From Hemiscyllium ocellatum (lineage: Eukaryota): DNA of 64,000 bases. Position 1 is the first letter of the stretch, and each line of letters begins with the position of its first letter. The translations under genes and the position numbers were made by a program. Below, piece after piece: positions 62,533 to 64,000 of the stretch. The stretch is taken from the NCBI RefSeq assembly GCF_020745735.1, contig NC_083412.1:49045181-49109180 (forward strand), written 5' to 3'. The notes below the pieces were generated by a model, which was given only the letters and a program-made list of their open reading frames with translations, did no database searches and was not told the origin of the DNA.

Positions 62533-63748
62533 AAGAGGCGTAATCCCTCTTCCCACCCTACCTCTTGCAAAAATGCCATCCCGTATTCCCAATTCCTCTG
62601 CCTCCGCCATATCTGCTCCCATGAGGACCAGTTCCATCATAGAACACACCAGATGGCCTCCTTCTTTAGAGACCGCAATTTCCCTTTCCACCTGGTTAAA
62701 AATGCCCTCCAACGCATCTCGTCCACATCTCGCACCTCTGCCCTCAGACCCCACCCCTCCAACTGTAACAAGGACAGAACGCCCTTGGTGCTCACCTTCC
62801 ACCCTACAAACCTTCGCATAAACCAAATCATCTGCCGACATTTCTGCCACCTCCAAAAAGACCCCACCACAAGGGATATATTTTCCTCCCCACCTCTTTC
62901 CGCCTTCCACAAAGACCGTTCCCTCCGTGACTACCTGGTCAGGTCCACGCCCCCCTACAACCCATCCTGGCACTTTCCTCTGCCACTTCAGGAACTGTAA
63001 AACCTGTGCCCACACCTCCTCCCTCACCTCTATCCAAGGCCCTAAAGGAGCCTTCCACATCCATCAAAGTTTTACCTGCACATCCACTCATATCATTTAT
63101 TGTATCCATTGCTCCCGATGTGGTCTCCTCTACATTGGGGAGACTGGGCGCCTCCTAGCAGAGCGCTTTATGGAATATCTCCAGGACACCCGTTCCAATC
63201 AACCACACCACCCCTTGGCCCAACAGTTCAACTCCCCCTCCCATTCTGCCGAGGATATGGAGGTCCTGGGCCTCCTTCACCACCGCTTCCTCACCACCAG
63301 ACGCCTGGATGAAGAATGCCTCATTTTCCGCCTCGGAACACTTCAACCCCAGGGCATCAATGTGAACTTCAACAGTGTCCTCATTTCCCCTTCCCCCACC
63401 TCACCCTAGTTCCAAACTTCCAGCTCAGCACTGTCCCTATGACATGTCCAGATTTGTCCTACCTGCCTATCTCCTTTTCCACCTATCCACTCCGCCCTCT
63501 CCTCCCTGACCTACAACCTTCATCCCCTCCCCCACTCACCTATTGTACTCTATGCTACTTTCTCCCCACCCCCACCCTCCTCCAGCTTATCTCTCCATGC
63601 TTCAGGTTCACTGCCTTTATTCCTGATGAAGGGTTTTTGCCCGAAATGTCGATTTTCGCTGCACTTTGGATGCTGCCTGAACTGCTGTGCTCTTCCAACG
63701 TCACTAATCCAGAATCTGGTTTCCAGCATCTGCAGTCATTGTTTTTAC
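62533..63748 (+). mobile_element. Penelope-like element, 5'-truncated, not inverted
   Basis: ORFs 62497-63000 and 62927-63409 (CSRCGLLYIGETGR); hammerhead-like motif at ~63620-63655; possible TSD cacatgca at 62525-62532 and 63749-63756. Confidence 0.9.
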
Positions 63749-63919
63749 CACATGCATTGAATACACATACAATGTAGTGCTGGACAGATACTTACAATCC
63801 TTTCCTTTTCTGATATTAATAACTTCAAATATTGTTTACTTCTAGCTTTTTTAATTGTTGTTTTGACACTAGAAGAGTGACAAGTTATTACTTAGACTTT
63901 GAGTTTTTAATATTAAAAC

Positions 63920-64000
63920 TTTTTTATTCATTTGTGGGGAAAACGTTTATTATCTGTCCCTAGTTGCCCTTGAGAAGGTGGTGGTGAGCTGCCCTTTTGA
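63920..64000 (-). mobile_element. LINE/SINE 3' end, cut by the window edge
   Basis: ttgcccttgagaaggtggtggtgagctgcc is antisense to 11680-11810. Confidence 0.6.

Overview
Repeat-dense eukaryotic DNA with no prokaryotic features. It is most likely from a cartilaginous fish (shark): an inference from HE1/V-SINE-type tRNA SINEs, CR1 LINEs with (TTCTATG)n tails, Deu-domain-like SINEs and abundant Penelope-like elements (PLEs). One host gene is supported, on the + strand: a CD200 (OX-2)-like Ig-superfamily membrane protein. The model is a signal-peptide exon (28697-28739), two tandem CD200-type V-domain exons (34864-35199, 36805-37137; ~61% aa identical by manual alignment) and a TM exon (39227-39344/39348). 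No C2-domain exon is visible. ISRE-like and kappaB-like motifs lie just upstream of the ATG. The rest is nested mobile DNA: many CR1, L2 and RTE fragments, a decayed Gmr1-type (PR-IN-RT-RH order) Gypsy LTR element at 17626-23734, a solo LTR, an older Gypsy remnant, several SINE families and at least four PLE families. Many PLE insertions are fold-back structures with 11-16 bp TSDs and minimal hammerhead-ribozyme motifs, including a perfect 188-bp palindrome inside the CD200-like gene. All coordinates and identities were read by eye; repeat boundaries are approximate unless a TSD is quoted.
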